This document shows positions 1 through 9,600 of a DNA stretch of 43,859 bases, piece by piece. Source of the stretch: an uncultured Bacteroidaceae bacterium. Its GTDB lineage: Bacteria > Bacteroidota > Bacteroidia > Bacteroidales > GCA-2748055. The translations under genes were made by a program, and so were the position numbers. The notes below the pieces were generated by a model. It was not told where the DNA came from. It saw only the letters and a program-made list of their open reading frames with translations, and searched no databases. Positions within the stretch are counted from its first letter, which is position 1. Each line of letters opens with the position of its first letter. The stretch lies in the NCBI GenBank assembly GCA_964432125.1, contig CAYSMO010000003.1, forward strand, positions 1 to 43,859. The letters run 5' to 3'.

Positions 1-65
1 CGCTGGACGAACTCGATCTGGCGCCGGGCCGACCAGTCCTGCCAGTTCTCGAGGGTGTAGAGGTT
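1..65 (-). other. High-GC coding-like fragment at the window edge (probable chimeric or foreign sequence)
   Basis: 40 of the first 60 nt are G/C. Minus-strand frame 65..3 reads NLYTLENWQDWSARRQIEFVQ with all 21 codons ending in G/C. There is no start codon, and a TAA lies upstream at 80-78. Confidence 0.6.
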
Positions 66-187
66 TTTCCGAATCCATTATAGCCATTGGAGTTCATGAC
101 TTCATACAGACGTTTTGTATTTAAAAAAAAAGTGTTAATTTTACTTCATTAAGTAGTCTTTGAGCAGCCATTATAAACTTTTTTCCC

Positions 188-1117
188 ATGAAGAAGAAAT
201 TTCTATATCCCGGTAAAGTACTGATTCTTATTTCAGTTTTCATTGCTTTTAACATCACGGCATGTAATACTGGAGCAAAAAATGCTGATAACAATACTGA
301 TCAGGCCGAGGAATTTGTTACAGCGATAGACGAAAGTACACAGGAAAAATTTCTAACAGCAAAAAGAATTTTCTATTCGCTTCCATCCCCTATTGAAACA
401 GCAAAGATTCTACAAAATGCTGGAGCAACATACGATGAACAACTGCTTAATCCAATTGAGAATCAGTCTGGTTATATAACCACAAAAGACATGGCTTTAA
501 ATCTTGGGATATACACAACTGACCTTAGCTATGCCAGCCTATTCGATCAAACCCAGATTACACTGAATTATATTGAAGTTGCCAAAAATCTGGCTGACGG
601 TCTGAATATTCTGGATGCCATTAGCGAGTCCACAATCCAAAGACTTGAAGATAATATTAATAATAGGGAGGAGATTATAGATATTATTTCTGAAACCCTA
701 TTGAATTCAAGTTCGTTTTTAAAAGAGAGAGGACTTGAAAGTACTGCAACTATTATTCTTGTCGGAGGATGGGTTGAAGGACTATATATCGCAACTCAAC
801 TTGTGGGAGACAGCCCGATAGAGAATAATAAGATTGTTGAAAGAATTGTTGACCAAAAACTATCTGTTGATTTTATGATCAATCTTTTGCAGGAGGCAAA
901 CGATGATCCTGATGCTCAAATAGTACTTGCTGACGTTAATGACCTTAAGAGTACTTTTGATAAAATCGAAATAAAACAAGGTGAAAACACCACTGAGATA
1001 GATCCTGAAACAAACATAACAACGTTAAAATCAAGCTCGTCTCACAATCTAACCAAAGCAGTGTTTGACGAATTGGTTACAAAGGTTAAAAAGATAAGAA
1101 TCAGCTATATATCCTAA
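188..1117 (+). CDS. Conserved hypothetical lipoprotein, predicted all-alpha
   Basis: 309-aa ORF; basic N-terminus, hydrophobic stretch and lipobox-like ITA-C; low-complexity linker followed by a helical body (YSLPSPIE, NLGIY, GGWVEGLY). Confidence 0.8.
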   Translation: MKKKFLYPGKVLILISVFIAFNITACNTGAKNADNNTDQAEEFVTAIDESTQEKFLTAKRIFYSLPSPIETAKILQNAGATYDEQLLNPIENQSGYITTKDMALNLGIYTTDLSYASLFDQTQITLNYIEVAKNLADGLNILDAISESTIQRLEDNINNREEIIDIISETLLNSSSFLKERGLESTATIILVGGWVEGLYIATQLVGDSPIENNKIVERIVDQKLSVDFMINLLQEANDDPDAQIVLADVNDLKSTFDKIEIKQGENTTEIDPETNITTLKSSSSHNLTKAVFDELVTKVKKIRISYIS

Positions 1118-1127
1118 ATTTATTATC

Positions 1128-1571
1128 ATGATGAGAAAAGGCATTCTTTTAGTATCACTTGTGGCAATGATGGCTTCGTTACCAACTATTGTCAATGCAC
1201 AATGTAAGCAGTTTGCCAAAAAGACTTGTAAAGTTGGGCTTAACCCTTACCAACATGATGGGAATTACCATGCGGCGCTACTGTTAGAAGGAGAAGAGGC
1301 TGAATTATATAAAACTTTTTACTCCGAAACAGACTACAGAATCGGAGTTTGCGGAGCAGGTAACTTAAATGATATTGAATTTAGAATTGTAGACAGTAAT
1401 GGTAAGGTTCTCTATAATAACAGAGAGCACGATTTTGAATGGAAATGGGATTTCAGGCTTGAATCAAGTCAGCAGTTAAAAATAGTTGTGAAGGTACCCG
1501 TAGCTAACGAAACATCATTAGAACCTGCGGAAGGATGTGTAGCTATTATGTTTGGGTTCAAGGACGACTAA
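1128..1571 (+). CDS. Small secreted Cys-containing beta-sandwich hypothetical protein (PPC/jelly-roll-like)
   Basis: 147 aa; signal peptide ending VNA-Q; 4 Cys; beta-strand pattern (YRIGVCG, IEFRIVD, LKIVVKV); starts 10 nt after the lipoprotein gene. Confidence 0.75.
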   Translation: MMRKGILLVSLVAMMASLPTIVNAQCKQFAKKTCKVGLNPYQHDGNYHAALLLEGEEAELYKTFYSETDYRIGVCGAGNLNDIEFRIVDSNGKVLYNNREHDFEWKWDFRLESSQQLKIVVKVPVANETSLEPAEGCVAIMFGFKDD

Positions 1572-4364
1572 TCACTGAATCTTTTCCTTTATAAAAAATG
1601 CTGTTGGTGAGTCTTTTTCGCTTAAGATTTGTTCAGGAGTACCTTGAAATATTACATTTCCTCCATCTTCCCCTCCACCAGGACCTAACTCAATTAGCCA
1701 ATCTGCAGATTTAATTATCTCCAGGTTATGTTCAATAATCAATACTGTATGTCCTTTCCTAATCAATGCATTGAATGCGTCAAGCAGCAGGGATATATCA
1801 TGGAAGTGAAGACCTGTGGTAGGTTCGTCAAAAATAAAAATGGTTTTTTGGTTATCCGTTTCCTTACTCAGAAAATAGGCCAACTTTACGCGCTGACTCT
1901 CCCCCCCGCTTAACGTATTTGACGATTGTCCGAGTTTAATATATCCTAGGCCGACATTTTGCAGTGGTTTCAGCCTTTTTACTATACGTGTCTCTGTGCT
2001 GCCTTTTGCAACATCAAAAAACTCGATTGCTTCATTCACCGTCATTTCAAGAACATCAAAAACACTTCTGTCATTATATTTTACATTCAGAATCTCCTCC
2101 TTGAATCTTTTCCCATGACATTTTTCACAACCCAGATGTACATCAGCCATAAACTGCATCTCAATAAGTATTTCACCTTCTCCCCTGCACTCTTCACAGC
2201 GGCCACCATCAATATTAAAGGAGAAATGAGATGCCTTGTAACCCATTATTTTTGATGCTTGCTGATCTGCAAATAACTTACGTATCTCATCATAAGCTTT
2301 TAAATATGTGACTGGATTTGAGCGGGATGATCTTCCAATTGGATTCTGGTCTACAAATTCAACAGAATCAAGAAGATGAATATCACCCAAAAAGAGGTCG
2401 TGCTTACCTGGCCTTTCTCCCATCCCGAGAAGCTTTCGAGACAAAAGTGGAAATATTATGTTTCTGACAAGGGATGATTTACCTGAACCACTGACACCGC
2501 TTATGACACTAATTACCTGCAAAGGAATTCTTACTGTTACAGATTTCAAATTATTCTCTCTGGCACCCACCACTTCAAAATAATTATTCCATTTGCGACG
2601 TTGTTCCGGGACCTCAATTTTACGTTTACCTGTAAGGTACTCAAAGGTTAGTCCCTTGGCGCTCTTCAACAAATGGCAGTGATCTCCCTGAAAAACTATC
2701 TCTCCTCCATGCCGTCCGGCAAGTGGTCCCATATCTATGATCATGTCTGCCGCATTCATAATCTCTTCATCATGCTCAACAACCAGAACTGTATTGCCCA
2801 ATTCTTTCAACTCCTTCAATACTTCAATTAACCTTCCGGTATCTCGGGGATGCAACCCAATACTTGGCTCGTCCAGAATATACAGTGAACCGACCAAGCT
2901 GCTTCCAAGTGCTGTTGCAAGATTTATCCTCTGGCTTTCTCCTCCGGAAAGAGTAGATGAAAGTCGGTTCAGGTTTAGGTATCCCAATCCTACATTGTTC
3001 AGGAACCTAAGCCTGGAGCTGATCTCTTCGATCAATCGTCCGGCAATTATTTGCGTGTGTTTATCTGGGTTAAAGGAAACAAAAAAATCTTCCAGCTTAC
3101 GCACAGACATGCCCACCAGCTCGGAAATTGTTTTACCATTAACCTGAACATAGAAAGCCTCTTTACGCAATCTGGAACCGCCGCATTCATAACAGATGGT
3201 TTTTCCCCTGTACCTGGATAGCATTACCCGGTACTGTATTTTATACTTTTTAGCCTCCAAATAGCTGAAGAATTGGTCCAAACCTTTAAAATATCTGTTC
3301 CCTTTCCAAAGCAGGCGTCGCTCTTCATCTGAAAGTTCGTAATAAGGCTTGTGTATTGGAAAGTTAAACTCCCCAGCATGCATCACAAGTCGATCCTTCC
3401 ATTTTTTCATCTTATCCCCTTTCCAGCATACAATGGCATCATCATAAACGGACATCTCTTTGTTGGGGATTACAAGATCTTCATCGATACCAATAACCAT
3501 GCCGTATCCCTCACAAACAGGGCAAGCTCCCATTGGATTGTTAAAGCTAAACATATGCTCAGAAGGCTCTTCAAAGGATATCCCATCTAATTCAAAACGG
3601 GAAGAGAAATCCTGAGTCTTATCAGTTTCCGGATCCCAGATAATGCAATTGCCATGGCCCAGTTGAAATGCAATTTGTACACTATCACTCAACCTTGTCA
3701 CATTATCTTCATCATGGCGAACAACAATCCGATCAATTACAACTTGCACTATTCCACTTTTCAAAAATGAATCTTCAGCAAGCAAGGTCTTTATTTCGAT
3801 CAGTTCTCCCTGATATAATGCCCTGGTCATTCCTTGCTGTGAGAGAATGTCAATCTGATATGATAAATCATTTTCAACATTCAAGCAAACTGTTGCAAGT
3901 ATAACAAGTTTACTGCCCTCCTCGAATTCCGAAATGTGATCGACAACATCCGTTACACTCCTCTTTTTGACCTCCATCCCGGAAATCGGCGATATGGTCT
4001 TTCCAATCCGGGCAAACAAAAGCTTTAAAAAGTCATAGATTTCAGTTGAAGTTCCAACTGTTGATCGGGGATTGCGTGTATTTACTTTTTGTTCAATAGC
4101 TACCGCGGGGGGAATCCCATGTATAAAATCGACATCAGGCTTATCTATCCTACCCAGGAACTGTCGCGCATAGGCTGAAAGACTTTCTACGTATCGACGC
4201 TGGCCTTCAGCATATAGTGTATCAAAGGCCAGTGATGACTTCCCTGAGCCCGAAACACCAGTTATTACAACAAACTGATCCCTTGGTATTGAGAGATCTA
4301 TGTTCTTTAAATTATGCACCCTTGCACCCTTAATATAGATTTCCTGACCGCTATTGATTGGCAT
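1572..4364 (-). CDS. uvrA: Excinuclease ABC subunit A
   Basis: GARVHNLKNI, two Walker A motifs (GVSGSGKSS), two LSGGE signatures, DEPS/DEPT Walker B motifs, CxxC zinc fingers; 930 aa. Confidence 0.97.
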   Translation of the reverse strand: MPINSGQEIYIKGARVHNLKNIDLSIPRDQFVVITGVSGSGKSSLAFDTLYAEGQRRYVESLSAYARQFLGRIDKPDVDFIHGIPPAVAIEQKVNTRNPRSTVGTSTEIYDFLKLLFARIGKTISPISGMEVKKRSVTDVVDHISEFEEGSKLVILATVCLNVENDLSYQIDILSQQGMTRALYQGELIEIKTLLAEDSFLKSGIVQVVIDRIVVRHDEDNVTRLSDSVQIAFQLGHGNCIIWDPETDKTQDFSSRFELDGISFEEPSEHMFSFNNPMGACPVCEGYGMVIGIDEDLVIPNKEMSVYDDAIVCWKGDKMKKWKDRLVMHAGEFNFPIHKPYYELSDEERRLLWKGNRYFKGLDQFFSYLEAKKYKIQYRVMLSRYRGKTICYECGGSRLRKEAFYVQVNGKTISELVGMSVRKLEDFFVSFNPDKHTQIIAGRLIEEISSRLRFLNNVGLGYLNLNRLSSTLSGGESQRINLATALGSSLVGSLYILDEPSIGLHPRDTGRLIEVLKELKELGNTVLVVEHDEEIMNAADMIIDMGPLAGRHGGEIVFQGDHCHLLKSAKGLTFEYLTGKRKIEVPEQRRKWNNYFEVVGARENNLKSVTVRIPLQVISVISGVSGSGKSSLVRNIIFPLLSRKLLGMGERPGKHDLFLGDIHLLDSVEFVDQNPIGRSSRSNPVTYLKAYDEIRKLFADQQASKIMGYKASHFSFNIDGGRCEECRGEGEILIEMQFMADVHLGCEKCHGKRFKEEILNVKYNDRSVFDVLEMTVNEAIEFFDVAKGSTETRIVKRLKPLQNVGLGYIKLGQSSNTLSGGESQRVKLAYFLSKETDNQKTIFIFDEPTTGLHFHDISLLLDAFNALIRKGHTVLIIEHNLEIIKSADWLIELGPGGGEDGGNVIFQGTPEQILSEKDSPTAFFIKEKIQ

Positions 4365-4401
4365 GGTATTTGTTTATTATTCTTTGTTAAAAAATTATAA
4401 A

Positions 4402-4409
4402 CAAAAGTA
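4402..4409 (-). promoter_or_regulatory. Bacteroidota sigma-A -7 element for uvrA
   Basis: TACTTTTG on the minus strand (TAnnTTTG consensus), ~40 nt upstream of the uvrA start. Confidence 0.55.
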
Positions 4410-4516
4410 ATACATTTTGCAAAAAGATTTTTTTTCGCTTATTTGCAACGCTAAATAAAATCTAAAAATTATTGCCTATCGAGACAACTATACGCTGAAC
4501 CAATACATCAAAAGTT

Positions 4517-5107
4517 TTGAAAACAGAACAAATGAATGACCAGGAATTGGTACAAGCGTTCATCATGGGTAATGAATCTTGTATAGAGATATTGATCAAC
4601 AGGCACAGAACCAAGGTTTATACATATATTCTGCTTACAATTAAGAACCAAACTCTTGCTGAAGATCTTTTTCAGGATACTTTTATCAAGGTTATACAAT
4701 CTCTCCGAAAAAACAAATATAAGGACAATGGAAGGTTTTTATCCTGGGTAATCCGCATAGCACATAATCTCATTATAGATCACTTCAGGAAAGAAAAACA
4801 GCTAAATGCTGTTTCAAATGATGATTCTGAGCTGGATCTTCTCAATAGCAAGCGCTTTGCAGATGACAATATCGAACAACTCATGGTGAGTGATCAAATA
4901 AGGCAAGACCTAAAAAAACTCGTTAATGAATTGCCTGAGGATCAGCGTGAAGTTGTTCTGCTTCGGCATTTCGGAGAGTTAAGTTTCAAGGAAATAGCTG
5001 ATCACACCGGCGTTAGTATTAATACGGCTTTGGGAAGAATGAGATACGCACTGATCAATCTCCGAAAAATGATCAATGAACGCGATCTAATTCTTACCAA
5101 TAACTGA
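4517..5107 (+). CDS. ECF-type RNA polymerase sigma-70 factor
   Basis: Region 2 (AEDLFQDTFIKV, FLSWVIRIAHN) and region 4 (LPEDQREVVLLR..LSFKEIA..GVSINT); start TTG 4517 or ATG 4532. Confidence 0.93.
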   Translation: MKTEQMNDQELVQAFIMGNESCIEILINRHRTKVYTYILLTIKNQTLAEDLFQDTFIKVIQSLRKNKYKDNGRFLSWVIRIAHNLIIDHFRKEKQLNAVSNDDSELDLLNSKRFADDNIEQLMVSDQIRQDLKKLVNELPEDQREVVLLRHFGELSFKEIADHTGVSINTALGRMRYALINLRKMINERDLILTNN

Positions 5108-5174
5108 TTCTTTATAGAAGCAATAAACCAAAGATTTGTGCGTTATCATTTTGATAACATAAATTATATTGCCT

Positions 5175-5360
5175 ATGAGAGAAATCTCTACCCTTATTTA
5201 TTTGGTAGATGACTTCAATTTGCCATCAGATACATTTCTACATCAAAATCAGGAGGAATATCAGCTAGTAGATGAGCATTGTGTTCAAATGCTTAACCGG
5301 CTGGCAATTGATCCTGGCGAAGATCTGGTTTTACGTATCATGCAACAAATGGAAGAATAG
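5175..5360 (+). CDS. Small acidic hypothetical protein downstream of the ECF sigma
   Basis: ~61-aa ORF (ATG 5175, in frame with TTG 5169) filling the gap between sigma and rsmE; A/T-rich translation start context. Confidence 0.5.
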   Translation: MREISTLIYLVDDFNLPSDTFLHQNQEEYQLVDEHCVQMLNRLAIDPGEDLVLRIMQQMEE

Positions 5361-5383
5361 CTCCTACTAAATATAAAGCCGGA

Positions 5384-6088
5384 TCATCTGGTTGCTTTTA
5401 AGTATACGGCAGTACATGATACAACACCTGCGGTCTCAGTTCGTAATCTGTACTCCCCCAATGACAATGACTCATAGTCGTTTTGGATTGCAAACATGAC
5501 CTCTTCTGAGGTAAAGTCTCCCTCAGGACCAATGAGTATTGTAATAGAATCCGACAATTCAACAGTTCGTATATCCTTTTTAACTCCATCCATACAGTGT
5601 GCGATGAACTTTGATCCTGGAAGATTCTTCTCAACATAATCAATATACTCAATCGGTTCATATATCCTGGGGAGGTAAGCCTTAACAGATTGTTTCATTG
5701 CTGCAATAGCCACCTTTTCAAGACGATCGATTCTGATGGTTCTTCTTTCAGACCTTTGACAAATCAATGGCGTAATACTGGAAACACCAATCTCCGTAGC
5801 CTTCTCAACGAACCATTCAAAGCGATCCAGCTTTTTAGTTGGAGCTATAGCAATATGAAGTTCATAAGAGGGTTTTTCATAATTATCAATCTTTGAGATA
5901 ATTTTAACTTTACATGCCTTCGGATCGGCGTTCTCAATTTCAGCTACATAGAAGCCTCCTTTCCCATCAATTATTCTTATAAGGTCTCCCCTTCTGTGTC
6001 GTAATACCTTAATAGAATGTACAGACTCATCTGTGTCAAGTACCAGCTGTTCAGATATAATGTCTGTCTTATAAAATAAATCCATCAT
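5384..6088 (-). CDS. rsmE: 16S rRNA m3U1498 methyltransferase
   Basis: HSIKVLR, EKATEIG, IGPEGDF and LGEYRLRTETA SPOUT motifs. Confidence 0.96.
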   Translation of the reverse strand: MMDLFYKTDIISEQLVLDTDESVHSIKVLRHRRGDLIRIIDGKGGFYVAEIENADPKACKVKIISKIDNYEKPSYELHIAIAPTKKLDRFEWFVEKATEIGVSSITPLICQRSERRTIRIDRLEKVAIAAMKQSVKAYLPRIYEPIEYIDYVEKNLPGSKFIAHCMDGVKKDIRTVELSDSITILIGPEGDFTSEEVMFAIQNDYESLSLGEYRLRTETAGVVSCTAVYLKATR

Positions 6089-6139
6089 CTTTAACTATGA
6101 CATAAAAATAGTAATTTCGCGACAAAATCATCTAGAAAT

Positions 6140-6643
6140 ATGGTAATTGGCCTTTTATCTGATACACATGGATACCTTGATAAAAAACTGTTTGACTTTT
6201 TTTCTTGCTGTGATGAAATATGGCATGCGGGTGATATAGGAAATGTTGAAGTTATCAGAAAACTTGCTGATTTTAAACCGCTCATTGCAGTATTTGGGAA
6301 TATTGATGGTAATGATGTGCGAATTGAAACTTGCAAACATCAAAGACTATTAAGGAATGAAATTGAAATATGGATGACACATATCGGGGGCTATCCCGGC
6401 AACTATGACAAAAGCATAAAAGATACAATCAGGCTAAATCCCCCAGATCTATTTATCTCCGGTCACTCACATATATTGAAAATAATCCGCGACAAGAAAC
6501 TGGATTTGCTTCATATAAATCCGGGTGCTGCAGGATTTCATGGTCTCCATCATGTCCGTACCGCTGTTAGGTTCACTATTTCTGACAAAACAATCAAAGA
6601 CTTGGATGTCATCGAATTAGGCTCCAGATCAATAGCCAAATAG
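6140..6643 (+). CDS. YfcE-family metallophosphoesterase
   Basis: SDTH, HAGD, GNID, GHSH and NPG calcineurin-like motifs; 167 aa. Confidence 0.9.
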   Translation: MVIGLLSDTHGYLDKKLFDFFSCCDEIWHAGDIGNVEVIRKLADFKPLIAVFGNIDGNDVRIETCKHQRLLRNEIEIWMTHIGGYPGNYDKSIKDTIRLNPPDLFISGHSHILKIIRDKKLDLLHINPGAAGFHGLHHVRTAVRFTISDKTIKDLDVIELGSRSIAK

Positions 6644-6654
6644 CACCTTAAGTT

Positions 6655-9600
6655 TTATTCTTGCTCTTCCTCATACGTTAAAAACCTGTCGAGAAATAAT
6701 TGCAACCTCCTGTTAGACGCCAGTGAGTAAATGTATGAAGGCTGTCTTCCTCTTGATTTCAATGTTCGTTCCTTATCGGGCGTATCTAAAATAGCATTAT
6801 TAAAGTCTCTATTCGACGAAAGAACCTGAAATCCTCCTGGACTATAGGCCATATAATACCATGTATTATCATCGATTTTCAAATATATGTCGAAAATATC
6901 GCCGGATCCTCTTTCCACAAATTCCACGAATGCGTCCACCTTCTTATTAACCTGAATATCTCCAATTATGCCAATCCCGACCTTACCATTGTATCTATAT
7001 GACCTTGTTTCCTGGTTCCATACAAGCCTCAAATCATTAAACAACAAGGGGTATTTCATACTATCGGGTACAACAGTGTAGTTTCCATATAAACCGAGCT
7101 CATTTTCGAGTTTTTCAGCCATCGTTTGTCCAACAAGGTTCCTCACCGACAATTTATATAATTCTTTGGTGAGATCGACCGGCTCTAGATTTGGCAGACT
7201 ATCCAACTCTCTTCCAAAAACATTTAAAGCCAACTTACTGAAATGAAAATCCATTCCCATCAGTAGGTTCATCTCCAGACTGTTTTTTGTAATATCGTGT
7301 CTTGCATTACCTAATGTTTTTAAATTAATTCTTCCATAATCAAGGACCAAATCAATCTCCCCCTCACTGTACAGTACACATGAATCAGTCCGCAGGGCCA
7401 AATAGTTGCCTTCATTCCGCATATCCGACAACTTGTTTAAACTGGCAATTTCGTAAGTATTAATCCGCTTATTATAGTATAAATACCCATCTGAATAGGT
7501 CACATTCTGATCAAAATACTGTTTCCTGGATGAAATAAAAGCAGGATAGATATGAATTGAATCTCTTGCCTTGAAAGTCCCTGCATAAACATTGTTCAGA
7601 TCAAGATTCTGCATCCTGTCATCCAGCGGAATAATAACGCTATCAGGGTCAATTTCTGCATTAAATTTCAACCATGATTTATTAACATTACAGTCATATG
7701 TTAATTGCACTCCTCCCAGAAATTCCAAAAACGGATTATCTGCATACATGCTTATCTGTCCCTGGTAATTAAAAAATGGACTTAGCATGAAAGAATCGGC
7801 AATTGCAACCTCTCCTTTTCCTAAAGTGGTGACAGAGGTATCAACCTCCAGGTGGGTCATTCGGAAAGTATGTCGATTATCAAACTCATCAATGTAATCA
7901 TAATCTGCAGCACCACGAAAATGGATACGTGAATCAACGGTTAAGTTTGCATTATACAACAAATGATGACGAAAATCCTTATTAGTAAGAACTTTTGCCT
8001 GCCGAAGAGGCTTGATTACAGCTTTTTCCAATACCTGTACCATTTCTTCATGCGGGAAAATATAGGAATCACCTATTTCGAGGTATTTTACTTTCTCGGC
8101 ATTCAATTCATTTCTGCTATAATTGAACCTGACCAAAGGAGCTATAAAATTTAGTGAATCCTGCTTTGGATGGTTTGAAACATAAGTAGGCCCGGATAAC
8201 TTTAGCGAATCTATTCCAATATCTATTTGATTTTCTGGCCTGTATACTGTCTGAGTCATCATCACTTCATCTCTGTCCATAAACCAGTTTATTTGATTCA
8301 ATCTGGTTTCATAAAGGTTTAGTGGCATTGTTATCAGTGTATAATCACCTCTGGATGTAAGACTTCCCTCGCGCTGAAACATATCAACATCGACTCTTAC
8401 ATCATCCGTTATCCATGAGTATTCCTCTGCTTCTGCATTTTTAAATTTACCCCCAGCACTGTCAGCAAGCACCCTTTGTGCCTTAAATTTAAATAGTTCT
8501 GAATCGAACCGGGCATCAGGAAATCCCAATCCGCCTTTACCCGTTAATCCAGCTGGCCTAAGTTCAAGGTCACCACCGAAGTAAACATTTTCGTTAAATA
8601 TTTTAAAGACCTGATCAATTCGATTTATATGCATTACGTCATGAACCGCATAAAAACGTACCTGAGCGATGTCATTCTCAACATAGGGAAAAGTAACACC
8701 CCCCCCAAGCTCCTCCCGTTCCAGAAACCTTCTTGATTTAGCCATAACAGAATCCGGATGAAACAGAAAATTATCAGACCATGTTGTTGATGTTATATAA
8801 TCCATTGATCCGTAACCCCTTAGTCCGGAACTACTCATTTCAATATCATTAAAGAACATTGCTTTACCCCCATAAACCGGAATCCCTTGATCAGGAGTAG
8901 TCATGTAAAAACCCAGTGAATTATCCGGACGAAGAGACATTTCCATCTCAAGTGGTGGAAGTATATCAGCAGAGATAAAGGTACCTTCCAGTTTAAGTGC
9001 CTCCCGGGAAAAATTATCAAGGGTATCAATTGAGAAAGGAAGTAACTCAAAATAGAACCTGTTTTTATCATAAACACCATTCTGAATCGACTTTTCATTG
9101 AAATAAACATAAGAGTTTTCCCTGCTGGTAAATATCGGGTACTCAGGAAATGGTGTCATTCCGGATTTATTAAAAGGAGCATCGATGAGCAATTCACCTG
9201 TAATATTCTGAATCTTATTATCTAGCGTAGTAATGAGCGATTTCCCGAAAGCATCTTTCTCAGCTGTTTTTGCACTAATTGATAATGAATCAATATTCTG
9301 GAGGTTGACACGGAAGTTTTCATACTCAAAAAAGAAGTTTTTTCCGTAGAATTTAAATAATCCTGCATCAATAATTCCATCAAACTGAAAATCCCTGTTT
9401 CTCTTCATTACAATACGGTTGTTATGCGGAACAATCCGTACATTCTGGGAATCACTTAAAAAAATCGTTGGGATTCCGTTTATTGTAAGATCCCTCGTTG
9501 TAAGATCAAGTTTCGCATTCTCCTTTCCTCCATCAGTTCTGGAAATAAATCTAATTACATCATAGTCACGCTTCATCAGACTCGCATCAATATAATCGAA

